DNA from: a virus
Strand: one strand, 5' to 3'
IMG/VR virus record: IMGVR_UViG_3300034071_000719
Span: 15,577-79,576 of that record
Length of the DNA stretch: 64,000 bases
Part shown: piece after piece, positions 39,507-48,990 of the stretch
Layout of the letters: each line of letters opens with the position of its first letter
How positions within the stretch are numbered: the stretch's first letter is position 1
Made by a program: the position numbers and the translations under genes
Notes under the pieces: model-generated
The model's input: only the letters and a program-made list of their open reading frames with translations
Databases searched by the model: none
What the model was told of the DNA's origin: nothing

Positions 39507-40962
39507 CGCAGCAATTACATTAATCAAAGGCGATGATATTGTCTTTGCAGGTCACGCTGAACGTTATAGCAAAATTAAACACGACCCAAACTTAAACGTT
39601 GAAATGCTCAGAGATTGTATATTCAATTATGGCGAACCTGATTTAATTGCATATTATGAAAGACCGTGGGTTAAAAAGACACGACAACTTTATGCTGGAC
39701 AATACAGTGAACTAACTAAAGGATGGAGTGTACGCAACATGATACACAAAGTCGCTCCGTGGTTAAGTTCTACTCCAATCAAAACATACAATCATCACCT
39801 ATCACATGCGGCCGCTGGCTTTCAAACTAGCCCGTTTGATGATGCAACAGTTGTTGTAATTGATGCAATTGGCGAGTGGGATACTATTAGCATATGGTCT
39901 GCAAAATATGTCAATGGTAAGGCACAATATACAAGAGTGTGGCGCCAATTATACCCACACAGCATCGGCTTAATGTACAGTGCATTTACTAAAGAAGTTG
40001 GCCTACGTCCGCTAGATGAAGAATACATTTTAATGGGCATGGCGGGCTGGGCAAAACAAGACACAACACGTTTAAGTGACCAACTTTCAAATTGGTTAGT
40101 TGACCACGAGTTTGAGCTAACATTAAAACATAACTTACATATCGGTCTACCCGACAATGATATAAAAGCAAAATGGAATGACTTTGAGATTGCTAATGCG
40201 GCTCAGACATTAACAGAACAATTGATACACAATATAATGTATAAAGCAAAAACACTAGCACCTAGTAGTAACTTGGTATACTCGGGCGGTGTTGCGCTTA
40301 ACTGTAGTGCTAATAGAGATTTAGGAGAATATTTTGATAACATTTGGATTATGCCCAATCCTGGCGATGCTGGTAGTAGCCTCGGTGCTGCAGCGTTGGC
40401 GCACGGTAGCAAACTTAACTGGGTGGATGCTTTTCTCGGGCATAACATTACTGGCCCTTATCCCTGTACTGATATTGTATCTGCATTAATGACAAACAAG
40501 ATTGTTGGCGTTGCCAATGGTCGTGCAGAATTTGGACCAAGAGCGTTGGGCAACAGAAGTTTACTAGCTGACCCACGCGGCCCTGATATTAAAGATGCTG
40601 TAAACTTAATTAAACGTCGTCAACAGTTTAGACCATTTGCTCCTATAATACTAGAGGAGTTTGTTGATGAGTATTTTGAAATGCCCAATGGATTTAAAAC
40701 AAGTCCGTACATGCAAACGACTGCAAAGTGCTTGCGTCCTAACGAATTTCCTGCTATAATACATATAGATGGTACAAGTAGAGTACAGACTGTTCCACGT
40801 GATAACAGTGGTATACGTGAACTATTGTGTTTATGGTATACATGGACAGGTTGTCCGATGTTGCTTAATACAAGTTTAAATGTACGCGGTGAACCAATGG
40901 TAAATGATCGTGCCGATGCAGATCGCTTTGAAGAACTGTATGGAGTAAAGGTACTAAGTTGA
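39472..40962 (+). CDS. Carbamoyltransferase, NodU/CmcH (TobZ) family
   Basis: HDAA, ERYSKIKHD, HHLSHA, DAIGE, SGGVALNC, GRAEFGPRALGNRS, FRPFAP, HIDGTSRVQTV, LLNTSLN. Confidence 0.93.
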   Translation: MNILGISAGFHDAAITLIKGDDIVFAGHAERYSKIKHDPNLNVEMLRDCIFNYGEPDLIAYYERPWVKKTRQLYAGQYSELTKGWSVRNMIHKVAPWLSSTPIKTYNHHLSHAAAGFQTSPFDDATVVVIDAIGEWDTISIWSAKYVNGKAQYTRVWRQLYPHSIGLMYSAFTKEVGLRPLDEEYILMGMAGWAKQDTTRLSDQLSNWLVDHEFELTLKHNLHIGLPDNDIKAKWNDFEIANAAQTLTEQLIHNIMYKAKTLAPSSNLVYSGGVALNCSANRDLGEYFDNIWIMPNPGDAGSSLGAAALAHGSKLNWVDAFLGHNITGPYPCTDIVSALMTNKIVGVANGRAEFGPRALGNRSLLADPRGPDIKDAVNLIKRRQQFRPFAPIILEEFVDEYFEMPNGFKTSPYMQTTAKCLRPNEFPAIIHIDGTSRVQTVPRDNSGIRELLCLWYTWTGCPMLLNTSLNVRGEPMVNDRADADRFEELYGVKVLS

Positions 40963-41375
40963 AAATATTAATTATGGGATTGCCTGGGTCAGGTAAAACG
41001 ACCCTCGCTAGCGCACTATTAAAATTAATAGATTGTGTATGGTATAATGCCGATGCAGTTAGAAAAAATTACAATGATTGGGATTTTTCTGAAGAAGGCA
41101 GACTACGTCAAGCAACACGTATGAAAACGTTAGCTGATGATAGCAAAGGTCATGTTATATGCGACTTTGTTGCGCCTACTAAAGAGATACGTGATATATT
41201 TGATGCCGACTATGTTATATGGGTCGACACAATTAAAAAAGGTAGATTTAAAGATACAAATAAAGTATTCGAACCACCAACACAATACGACATGCGAGTA
41301 ATAGAACAAGATGCTGAACGTTGGGCAACTATTATTGCACATGCCATTTCTATAAAGGAATTAAATGAAAGATAA
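40959..41375 (+). CDS. Adenylylsulfate (APS) kinase-like P-loop kinase
   Basis: GLPGSGKTT, NADAVR...DFSEEGR, FEPP; TTG start. Confidence 0.7.
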   Translation: MKILIMGLPGSGKTTLASALLKLIDCVWYNADAVRKNYNDWDFSEEGRLRQATRMKTLADDSKGHVICDFVAPTKEIRDIFDADYVIWVDTIKKGRFKDTNKVFEPPTQYDMRVIEQDAERWATIIAHAISIKELNER

Positions 41376-41865
41376 AATGAAATTAGCACACATGCGCACT
41401 GCATTTAATTATGCGGCATGTTCGAGTGCTGTACGCTTACAAGTTGGGTCAATCATTGTTAAAGATGATGCAATTATCTCTATAGGATACAACGGTCAGC
41501 CAAGTGGTTGGGATAACGTGTGTGAAGAACGAGAATACATGGCAAGTGATGCTGGTGGTTGGCTTGACCCAGATGAAATAGAATCACAGTGGCCATTTGT
41601 TGCCGAAGATCAACTTAGATACAGATTGAAAACAAAATCAACTGTACTCCACGCAGAGTCAAATGCTATCTCAAAACTTGCTAAACTAAATGGTGGAGCA
41701 CAAGGTTCAGCAATCTTTATTACACATTGCCCTTGCTTAGATTGTGCAAAAACAATTTATCAAGCTGGTATTACAGAAGTGTATTATGCACAATCATACC
41801 GCGATACAATAGGCGCTGACTTTTTAATTAAATGTGGATTAACAGTAGAACAAGTACATGTTTGA
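41365..41865 (+). CDS. dCMP deaminase
   Basis: QVGSIIV, IGYNG, HAESNAI, PCLDC Zn motifs. Confidence 0.88.
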   Translation: MKDKMKLAHMRTAFNYAACSSAVRLQVGSIIVKDDAIISIGYNGQPSGWDNVCEEREYMASDAGGWLDPDEIESQWPFVAEDQLRYRLKTKSTVLHAESNAISKLAKLNGGAQGSAIFITHCPCLDCAKTIYQAGITEVYYAQSYRDTIGADFLIKCGLTVEQVHV

Positions 41866-44476
41866 TGTGTTTTATAAAGGCGCAAAGCCTAACCTATTTC
41901 CTTTTGAACTGCCCGCCGATACATTAGAAGAAGCCGCAAGTTTAAGTCGTACTAAGTTCTTTTGGTTCATCGATGGGCAGAATGATTACAATGGATTTGA
42001 TTTTAATTTCCGTGCAGTACCATGGGAAGAGCATCAAATACACACTTGGCCAAACCAATGGCAAGTAGATGGCGGCACATACTTTGCTAACAAGTATACT
42101 ATCCAAGATAAAACACATAACTTTCATACAGAAACATATACACATCGTTTGCCTAATTTAGATTTCTGGCACATACCCGCTAATATAGATTCTAAAAGTA
42201 TTAATACAAGATGGGCACCTGACCCGTTAGATCCGCCTTACATATATCAGTTTCCTGTTAAGTGGGGATGGGATAAAATTGGTGGCCCAGAGTATCGTGT
42301 ACCTGGTGCAACCGAAATTAAGTTTGTAGATGATTTCTCTGCTCGTACACTTAGCGATATGTCATTGTGGAATGTACCTGCTAACATTGATAAAGAATCA
42401 TTTGATTTTAGTTGGGCACCTCACCCGGCAGAAGAGCCATACATATATAAATTTCCAACAGTATGGAATGCAGTTGGCGGACCAGAATATCGTGTACCCG
42501 GTGCTACAAAAGAAAAGTATATTGATGTTGTAGTAGCACGTACATTGCCAGATCGTACACTGTGGACTATACCAGAAGAAGTTAATGCAGATACTGTAGA
42601 CTTTGGCTGGGTTCCTCATCCGCAAGACCCTCCTTACATATATCACTTTGGCACAGAATTTCAATCAAGCATTGGCTTAACATATACAATGCCGGACGCA
42701 ACCGAAGTTAAATTTGCTGGACCTATTCCGGAATTAGGACAGCACGATAATCCAGTATTACAAGTGTTAGACATATTCTTTATTGATAAGAGTAATGCCA
42801 GTTCTACTGCACGTTACGAAAAGTTAATTGAACAGTATCCACATGCACAAAAGATACGTTATGTTAATTCGATGATTGATACAATTAAACGTTGTATCGT
42901 ACGTACAAAGACAAGTAAGTTTTGGGTTATTAGTAGTGAAAATATCTACGATGACTTTAACTTTGCGTGGCATGCGCAACCGTGGCAAAGTTATATGACA
43001 CATGTATTTGGTTCACAACATCAGAAGTGGAGTGACACATACTTAATTAATAAATGGGAATTTGAACGTACAACTACTTGGGCAAACAGCTTAGAGGAAT
43101 TTCCAAACCTTAACTTCGTACAAGATCAAAGTATTGTAATTCCAGATAACTTACATGATATTTACTTTGTAGATCACGGTAACGAAAATGATCAACTTGA
43201 ACAATTACAAAAGAAACATACCGACATTAAAATAACACGCTATGTTGACAACTATCTCGATACCTTTAAACGTATTATGTCAACTGCAACAACAGAACAT
43301 GTGTGGATAATTAGTAGCCTATGTGATTACACACGCTTTGACTTTAGTTGGCAACCCGAGCCGTGGCAGAAAGAAATGATACATGTGTTTCCAAGTAACA
43401 ATCAGGAACGCGGTGACACATTCTATATACATGTAGAAAGTTTTAAACTGCAAATGGTTGAGCTTGCATTATTAGATTGGTTTAATGTTATTAACTACTG
43501 TAAAGAACAACGTGTACCACGTCTACCTATTCCTGTAGTTGAATACAGTGGCGACAACTTAATTGAAGTAATTAAGTCGCATGAATTTAACCATCCGTTT
43601 ACATGGTTTTATAACTACAAGCTGGGTGTAGTGTATAACCCGAGCATTTGGTATGCAAAAGACCGTCAAATCGTTGGTTTTTCAGCCGGAAATAGCTATG
43701 TTTTGGTGCCTAGAGACGCCAAATCTGTTATCAATACACAGGCATACGATTATCCGTATATTACTAAAATGCCTATGTTTAATGAACATGCACTAGATAT
43801 TATCTATATTAGTAACGGTGAACCCGAAGCCGAAAAATGGTACAAACATTTAATTAGTACAGTAGATCAAACACGTAGATCAGTTAGACGTGTACAAAAT
43901 GTTAATGGGCGAGCCAACGCATACAAAGCGGCCGCTGAATTAAGTGAAACTCCATGGTTCTTTGCTGTGTTTGCTAAGTTAGAAGTTGTTGAAGACTTTG
44001 ATTGGGAGTGGCAACCCGACTACTTGCAAGGTCCTAAGCACTACATATTCCATGCCAAAAATCCAGTCAACGGATTAGAGTATGGACACATGGGTGTAAT
44101 TGCGTATAACAAGCGTTTAGTGCTTGAAACAAACGATAGTGGACTTGACTTTACACTAAGCAAAGCACACGCTGTAGTACCTGTATTAAGTGCTATAGCG
44201 CATTATAACACTACACCAGAGCTAACATGGCGTACTGCATTTAGAGAGTGTATTAAACTACGTGATGATGTACGTAAAGTTGCCGGAGTTGAGAGTGATT
44301 ACAGACTTGATGAGTGGTTACATAAAGCAGAAGGTGCTAATGCAGAATGGAGCATTAAGGGCGCAGAAGATGCAATTATGTACTACGATGAAGTCGATGG
44401 TGATATGGATAAACTAATGCTGACGTTTGAATGGGATTGGCTAAAACAGTATTACGCTACCAAGTACACTCTTTAA
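41858..44476 (+). CDS. Large multi-module glycosyltransferase-like protein with W-x-P-[DH]-P repeats
   Basis: Several degenerate GT-A-like modules; C-terminal domain paralogous to 24449-25345; three WxP[DH]PxxxPYIYxF repeats. Confidence 0.65.
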   Translation: MFDVFYKGAKPNLFPFELPADTLEEAASLSRTKFFWFIDGQNDYNGFDFNFRAVPWEEHQIHTWPNQWQVDGGTYFANKYTIQDKTHNFHTETYTHRLPNLDFWHIPANIDSKSINTRWAPDPLDPPYIYQFPVKWGWDKIGGPEYRVPGATEIKFVDDFSARTLSDMSLWNVPANIDKESFDFSWAPHPAEEPYIYKFPTVWNAVGGPEYRVPGATKEKYIDVVVARTLPDRTLWTIPEEVNADTVDFGWVPHPQDPPYIYHFGTEFQSSIGLTYTMPDATEVKFAGPIPELGQHDNPVLQVLDIFFIDKSNASSTARYEKLIEQYPHAQKIRYVNSMIDTIKRCIVRTKTSKFWVISSENIYDDFNFAWHAQPWQSYMTHVFGSQHQKWSDTYLINKWEFERTTTWANSLEEFPNLNFVQDQSIVIPDNLHDIYFVDHGNENDQLEQLQKKHTDIKITRYVDNYLDTFKRIMSTATTEHVWIISSLCDYTRFDFSWQPEPWQKEMIHVFPSNNQERGDTFYIHVESFKLQMVELALLDWFNVINYCKEQRVPRLPIPVVEYSGDNLIEVIKSHEFNHPFTWFYNYKLGVVYNPSIWYAKDRQIVGFSAGNSYVLVPRDAKSVINTQAYDYPYITKMPMFNEHALDIIYISNGEPEAEKWYKHLISTVDQTRRSVRRVQNVNGRANAYKAAAELSETPWFFAVFAKLEVVEDFDWEWQPDYLQGPKHYIFHAKNPVNGLEYGHMGVIAYNKRLVLETNDSGLDFTLSKAHAVVPVLSAIAHYNTTPELTWRTAFRECIKLRDDVRKVAGVESDYRLDEWLHKAEGANAEWSIKGAEDAIMYYDEVDGDMDKLMLTFEWDWLKQYYATKYTL

Positions 44477-45548
44477 TAGCATCAACAACTGCTTCAACTT
44501 CTGCATCAGTCATCTCAGGATAGATTGGTAAACTCAAACACGTTTTACTAAACTGTTCTGCTCCAACTAATACTTCGTGTCCGCCAATTACGCCCATCAT
44601 GTGCAATGGTGCAGTATAATGTATCTTAGTTTCTATGCCCATTGCATGTAAATCTGAGAATAAGCGTGAACGTTCTGGATAGTGTATAACAAACTTATGC
44701 CAAGCATGTTCGACATTATGATGTATAGGAATCATCTGCACTGGCCCATCTAATTCTTCTGTGTAGTATTCTGCAATGTTCTTACGACGCTGTTGCCACG
44801 CATCAAAATGCCGTAACTTAACTAACATCTGAGCACAATCAACCTCACTCATTTTGCTGTTAGTACCAACAGTGTAATGTTCCGATACCTTACCGTTATC
44901 ACGCATATTAAGACATAGTTCAGCAAACTCGGCATCATCAGTTAGTATCATTCCACCACTGCCATAGTTAGGAAAATTCTTAGTCGGGTCAAAACTTAAA
45001 CAACTAATGTCGCCTAACTTGCCACTCGGAACGCCACGATAATAAGCACCAAACGATTGTGCCGCATCTTCGATTACAGGTATGCGATGACTATTAAAGA
45101 ACGTAACATACGTTTGTAACTTATCGTAGTCAATAATATTACCAAACAAGTTAACGTACATAACAGCCGCAATTTCATCTGGCTCTACCGGTATACTATC
45201 GAGATTAATTAACCCTGTTATAGGGTCAACATCACAAAACACAGGCTCAAATCCAGCTTCGAATACAACATTAACTGTAGCGGCAAAACTTTGACTAGGG
45301 ATTAGCACTTTATTTTTATGGAATAAAGAATAGAAGTCAATAGCTCGTAAAGCAAAGACAAGTGCCTGGGTACAACTATTAACAGCGACAGCATACTTAC
45401 GTTCTGTTAAGTTAGCAATAGTCTGTTCAAACGTTTTAGTGTATTGCCCATCTAATACTTGCCCACCGGAATACACCACGTCGGTTACATCAAGTATCTC
45501 CTCACGGATTGTTTTATATTGTCGATCTACACCAAAGAATGGAATCAT
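44457..45548 (-). CDS. DegT/DnrJ/EryC1/StrS sugar aminotransferase (full length)
   Basis: VAVNSCT, IEDAAQSFGA, SFDPTKN, GSGGMILTDD, LSLPIYP. Confidence 0.9.
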   Translation of the reverse strand: MIPFFGVDRQYKTIREEILDVTDVVYSGGQVLDGQYTKTFEQTIANLTERKYAVAVNSCTQALVFALRAIDFYSLFHKNKVLIPSQSFAATVNVVFEAGFEPVFCDVDPITGLINLDSIPVEPDEIAAVMYVNLFGNIIDYDKLQTYVTFFNSHRIPVIEDAAQSFGAYYRGVPSGKLGDISCLSFDPTKNFPNYGSGGMILTDDAEFAELCLNMRDNGKVSEHYTVGTNSKMSEVDCAQMLVKLRHFDAWQQRRKNIAEYYTEELDGPVQMIPIHHNVEHAWHKFVIHYPERSRLFSDLHAMGIETKIHYTAPLHMMGVIGGHEVLVGAEQFSKTCLSLPIYPEMTDAEVEAVVDAIKECTW

Positions 45549-46531
45549 AGCGGAAGTTGGTCACGCCAGTAAGGAGAGAATTTAAACCACTCATGATAAC
45601 GAGCAAATCCTTCTTCTACGTTAACTGTTGGATTGTACCCAAAGTCCGCAACTGCACTAGTAATGCTTAATCTACCACGTGTTGGAAATGCTAAATCACG
45701 TTCTGCAACTTCGATACTACCTTTACCTGCAATGCTTACAGCAAGTTTAGCGGCATCAAGCAATGTATATTCTGCTTCTGATGAACGTGTAATATTGTAA
45801 ATTCTATTGTTGGCATTATCGCTTAATGCGGCTTGAGCAATGCCCATTGCAGTATCTTCAACGTATGTAAAGTCTAGCACCTCATTGGCACCTTTAACTT
45901 TTAATACTTCACCACGCATTGCCGCAAGCATAAACTTACTAACAACTCTATCTTCGATATCCCACGGACCGTATACAGCACTTGGGCGAATGATAGTATG
46001 CGCAAAGCAGCCACGGCGAGTATAATCAGCTACAAGTTTCTCGCCCATATACTTCATAATGCCGTATTGCCCAATTGGATTACAATCAACATACTCGTCG
46101 ACACCATCGAACAAGCCATCTTTAAAGTCACCATATATCATTGAACTGCTAATGTACACAAACTTCTTAATGTTATAACGTGCGCTTGCTTCAAGTAAAT
46201 TGATTAGGCCCGTGGTCATTACTTCTGACCCAAGTATTGGATTTTGGCTTACTACATTTTGTCGTGGAAAGCTAGCGAGATGTATTACTAACTCTGGACG
46301 TACTGCGCTAAAAATACTGTCGATATGATTAACGCTACATATATCAGTATGTATGACACGTGAGTTAAAACGTTCTTTACGTGAAGATTTAAGATAATTC
46401 AATTCCTTTTTTGGTATAAAGCCATAGTCTGTTGTAGTGTCAACGACGATGCACTCATGCCCTTGCTGTTCTAATATGCGAGTTACATTATGTCCGATAA
46501 ACCCTGCACCGCCTGTGATTATTATTTTCAT
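45545..46531 (-). CDS. NAD-dependent nucleotide-sugar epimerase/dehydratase (extended SDR)
   Basis: TGGAGFIG, SSSMIYG, YGIMK (YxxxK), DFTYVED. Confidence 0.9.
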   Translation of the reverse strand: MKIIITGGAGFIGHNVTRILEQQGHECIVVDTTTDYGFIPKKELNYLKSSRKERFNSRVIHTDICSVNHIDSIFSAVRPELVIHLASFPRQNVVSQNPILGSEVMTTGLINLLEASARYNIKKFVYISSSMIYGDFKDGLFDGVDEYVDCNPIGQYGIMKYMGEKLVADYTRRGCFAHTIIRPSAVYGPWDIEDRVVSKFMLAAMRGEVLKVKGANEVLDFTYVEDTAMGIAQAALSDNANNRIYNITRSSEAEYTLLDAAKLAVSIAGKGSIEVAERDLAFPTRGRLSITSAVADFGYNPTVNVEEGFARYHEWFKFSPYWRDQLPL

Positions 46532-46863
46532 TTCCAGTCCGTTTGATGCACAAAAAATCGTAGACTATAATCTACATATTGGCGTTCAGTAATATCGCCG
46601 TATATAATACACATCTTACCCCATGCATAGTATATTTCATCTTCCATAAATGCAAGTTTAATGTCATTATCATCAACCCATTGTGCTTGTGGAGTCAGTT
46701 TAAATTCTTCTGCAACCTTCCAAAATATCTCATTATTGTGCATGTCGGCAGCTTCATTCATATCCACCATTTTTGTAAAAAACCTAACACGATGAGTATT
46801 AACTTCTTTAGATTGCCATCGGTGCTTTAATGCTTGCGAGTGATTCATAGCCATTGAGTGCAA
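46528..46863 (-). CDS. Hypothetical protein (start uncertain)
   Basis: Fills the gap between thyA and the epimerase; ATGA coupling at its 3' end. Confidence 0.5.
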   Translation of the reverse strand: MHSMAMNHSQALKHRWQSKEVNTHRVRFFTKMVDMNEAADMHNNEIFWKVAEEFKLTPQAQWVDDNDIKLAFMEDEIYYAWGKMCIIYGDITERQYVDYSLRFFVHQTDWK

Positions 46864-47656
46864 AGTCCTTTATAGTAAAGTGATTTATGTCAGTGACATC
46901 TGGGTTAATCCAAAGTTGTGGTGCAGGTAATGGTTCACGTTGCAGTTGTTCGTTTACCTGATCGACATGATTCAAATATATGTGGGCATCACCAAGAACG
47001 TGAACGAATTCGCCTACTCCAAGTCCGCACACTTGGGCAATCATGTGTGTTAGAAGTGAATAGGACGCTATGTTGAAGGGAATTCCCAAAAACATATCGC
47101 ATGATCGCTGGTATAATTGACACGACAACTTATTGTCAGCACTGACATAAAACTGGGCAAAACAGTGACACGGTGGTAGAGCCATAGAGCTTAATTCTCC
47201 AGGGTTCCACGCTGTTAGTATATGTCGTCGTCCGTGTGGGTCTGTTTTAATATTGTGGATAAGTTCTGCTAGTTGATCTACTTCCTTTCCATCTGGTGTT
47301 TTCCAATGTCGCCACTGTACACCATACACTCGACCTAAGTCGCCTTCGAATGTAGATTTAAGTAGCCAATACGGAGATGTTGCATTGTCTGTCCAGATTG
47401 TACGTTTACTCTCGTCACGTGTGCCATGCAGTATTTCTGCAAGCCTACGTTCATCACCACTACCTTCAATAAACCAAAGTAGTTCAGATACAACAGCCTT
47501 CCATGCTAGTTTCTTTGTAGTAATAGCAGGAAAGGACTGTGCAAGATTATAACGTTGTTGCATACCGAACACACCAATTGTACCTGTTGATGTGCGGTCT
47601 GGTCTTACTGTACCATTGTCTAGTACAAATTTGAGTGATTCGAGATAGGTTTTCAT
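46808..47656 (-). CDS. thyA: Thymidylate synthase
   Basis: DRTSTGT, ELLWF, YGVQWR, GRRH, MALPPCH, YQRSCD, GIPFNIASY, GDAHIYLNH. Confidence 0.97.
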   Translation of the reverse strand: MKTYLESLKFVLDNGTVRPDRTSTGTIGVFGMQQRYNLAQSFPAITTKKLAWKAVVSELLWFIEGSGDERRLAEILHGTRDESKRTIWTDNATSPYWLLKSTFEGDLGRVYGVQWRHWKTPDGKEVDQLAELIHNIKTDPHGRRHILTAWNPGELSSMALPPCHCFAQFYVSADNKLSCQLYQRSCDMFLGIPFNIASYSLLTHMIAQVCGLGVGEFVHVLGDAHIYLNHVDQVNEQLQREPLPAPQLWINPDVTDINHFTIKDFALNGYESLASIKAPMAI

Positions 47657-47662
47657 AATACT

Positions 47663-47691
47663 ATTATAACATAATTATATTAAACGGTCAA
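47663..47691 (-). promoter_or_regulatory. sigma70 promoter of thyA (predicted leaderless transcript)
   Basis: TTGACC-17 nt-TATAAT, with the ATG 6 nt downstream and no SD. Confidence 0.6.
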
Positions 47692-48487
47692 TTAAATAAT
47701 CAAAAATTATTTTATGTCCGTGTCTATTAGGGTGTCCCCCATCTGGCCAAAATAACTCCTTCTCCTCTATTAGCGAATCTTGTAGTTTTTTAAAAACTAC
47801 CAACTTATCTAAACTATCTATATCAAATAGTCTGTTAATCTTTTTATGCCAGGCCGAGTGCCAAATAATCGGGTGGATATAGTGTGGTAATAAGAATTCT
47901 GGAACACTGTTAATAACTGGATGTAAATTATTAAATTCACCCAATAATTCTACAGCTAATTTACTACACCCCCCGAGGCAATTTATTTTTTTACCCAATG
48001 AATTTAATTCATAATATGATTGCTTTAGTAATTCTTGTTGGCGATATAACAAGCTATCAATGGTGCGGAACTCGTACTCAAAATTTGTATATGGAGCTAA
48101 ATTTCTAAGGGGATCTGTTTGAAACCAAATAATATGATCGTAGTCCGTTAAGGTCAGTTGGCTTAATTGACAAATAGCATGATTAATTGATTCCCCTGCG
48201 CGAGAAATATTTGTTACAATATGACCTGCATCTTCAAAATATTGCTGTAGACCGGTGTGTAACACTGTATAGTATCCTATATCGTCACCAAAAGTTGTTA
48301 AATCAAATCCGGCAGTTGTTAATTCTAGTTGAACCCATGCAGGCAAGGTGGTATGAAATCCGAACGGCGGGCACTCGGGCCAATCAACTCCTTTGAGTGT
48401 ATTGTAGTAAGTGACCCACACATCAGATTTCGCCAACCAACCCCACTCACCCAGCCCCCACGAATCTCCTGCAATTAATATTTTCAT
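47675..48487 (-). CDS. SGNH-like hydrolase/acyltransferase between folA and thyA
   Basis: IAGDSW, NISRAGES, DGGHPNRHGH. Confidence 0.65.
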   Translation of the reverse strand: MKILIAGDSWGLGEWGWLAKSDVWVTYYNTLKGVDWPECPPFGFHTTLPAWVQLELTTAGFDLTTFGDDIGYYTVLHTGLQQYFEDAGHIVTNISRAGESINHAICQLSQLTLTDYDHIIWFQTDPLRNLAPYTNFEYEFRTIDSLLYRQQELLKQSYYELNSLGKKINCLGGCSKLAVELLGEFNNLHPVINSVPEFLLPHYIHPIIWHSAWHKKINRLFDIDSLDKLVVFKKLQDSLIEEKELFWPDGGHPNRHGHKIIFDYLIDRLI

Positions 48488-48990
48488 TATTTAAAAAACA
48501 TTGTGCGGTCCCACGTTTCGTAGGTACAATTCTCACCAGGCTTAACGGATTTAATTTGAAAACATGCAAGCATACTTTCTAATTGAATACGTGTATCAGT
48601 AAACCAAGCACCTTTAATACGTGTAAGATAAACTCTATCCACAATGCTTTCTGTTGCTTCGTATAACTGTTTACCACCGATAATATAAACATCTTTAGTT
48701 GGATTATTCTTTTGTAACTGTACGATGTTTTCCATAGGGCTACTAGGAATCCACTTTACTAAATGTTGATATTGTTGTGCTACATGTTTACTACTAACAA
48801 CATAATTTTCACGATTAGGCAACGGTTTGGGCATCTTAGGATCATCCCATGTGTTACGCCCCATGACTACAATTTGACCTGTAGTGTGTTGAGCAAACCA
48901 ACGCATATCTTCTTTGTTATGTGGCCAAGGCAAGGTACCTCTATTACCAATACCGCCAGTATTGGTAGAAGCTAAAATTGATATAATCAT
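48487..48990 (-). CDS. folA: Dihydrofolate reductase
   Basis: GIGNRGTLPW, DMRWF, VVMGRNTW, PLPNR, IIGG, YLTRI. Confidence 0.95.
   Translation of the reverse strand: MIISILASTNTGGIGNRGTLPWPHNKEDMRWFAQHTTGQIVVMGRNTWDDPKMPKPLPNRENYVVSSKHVAQQYQHLVKWIPSSPMENIVQLQKNNPTKDVYIIGGKQLYEATESIVDRVYLTRIKGAWFTDTRIQLESMLACFQIKSVKPGENCTYETWDRTMFFK

Noticed and set aside
22224-46531. Bacterial O-antigen or capsule locus (host contamination or chimeric assembly)
   Set aside because: No flippase, polymerase or ABC exporter; continuous gene packing with phage structural and nucleotide-metabolism genes
41365-47656. DNA hypermodification through a modified-pyrimidine synthase
   Set aside because: thyA, folA and dCMP deaminase look canonical and no hydroxymethylase is seen; cannot be excluded outside the window
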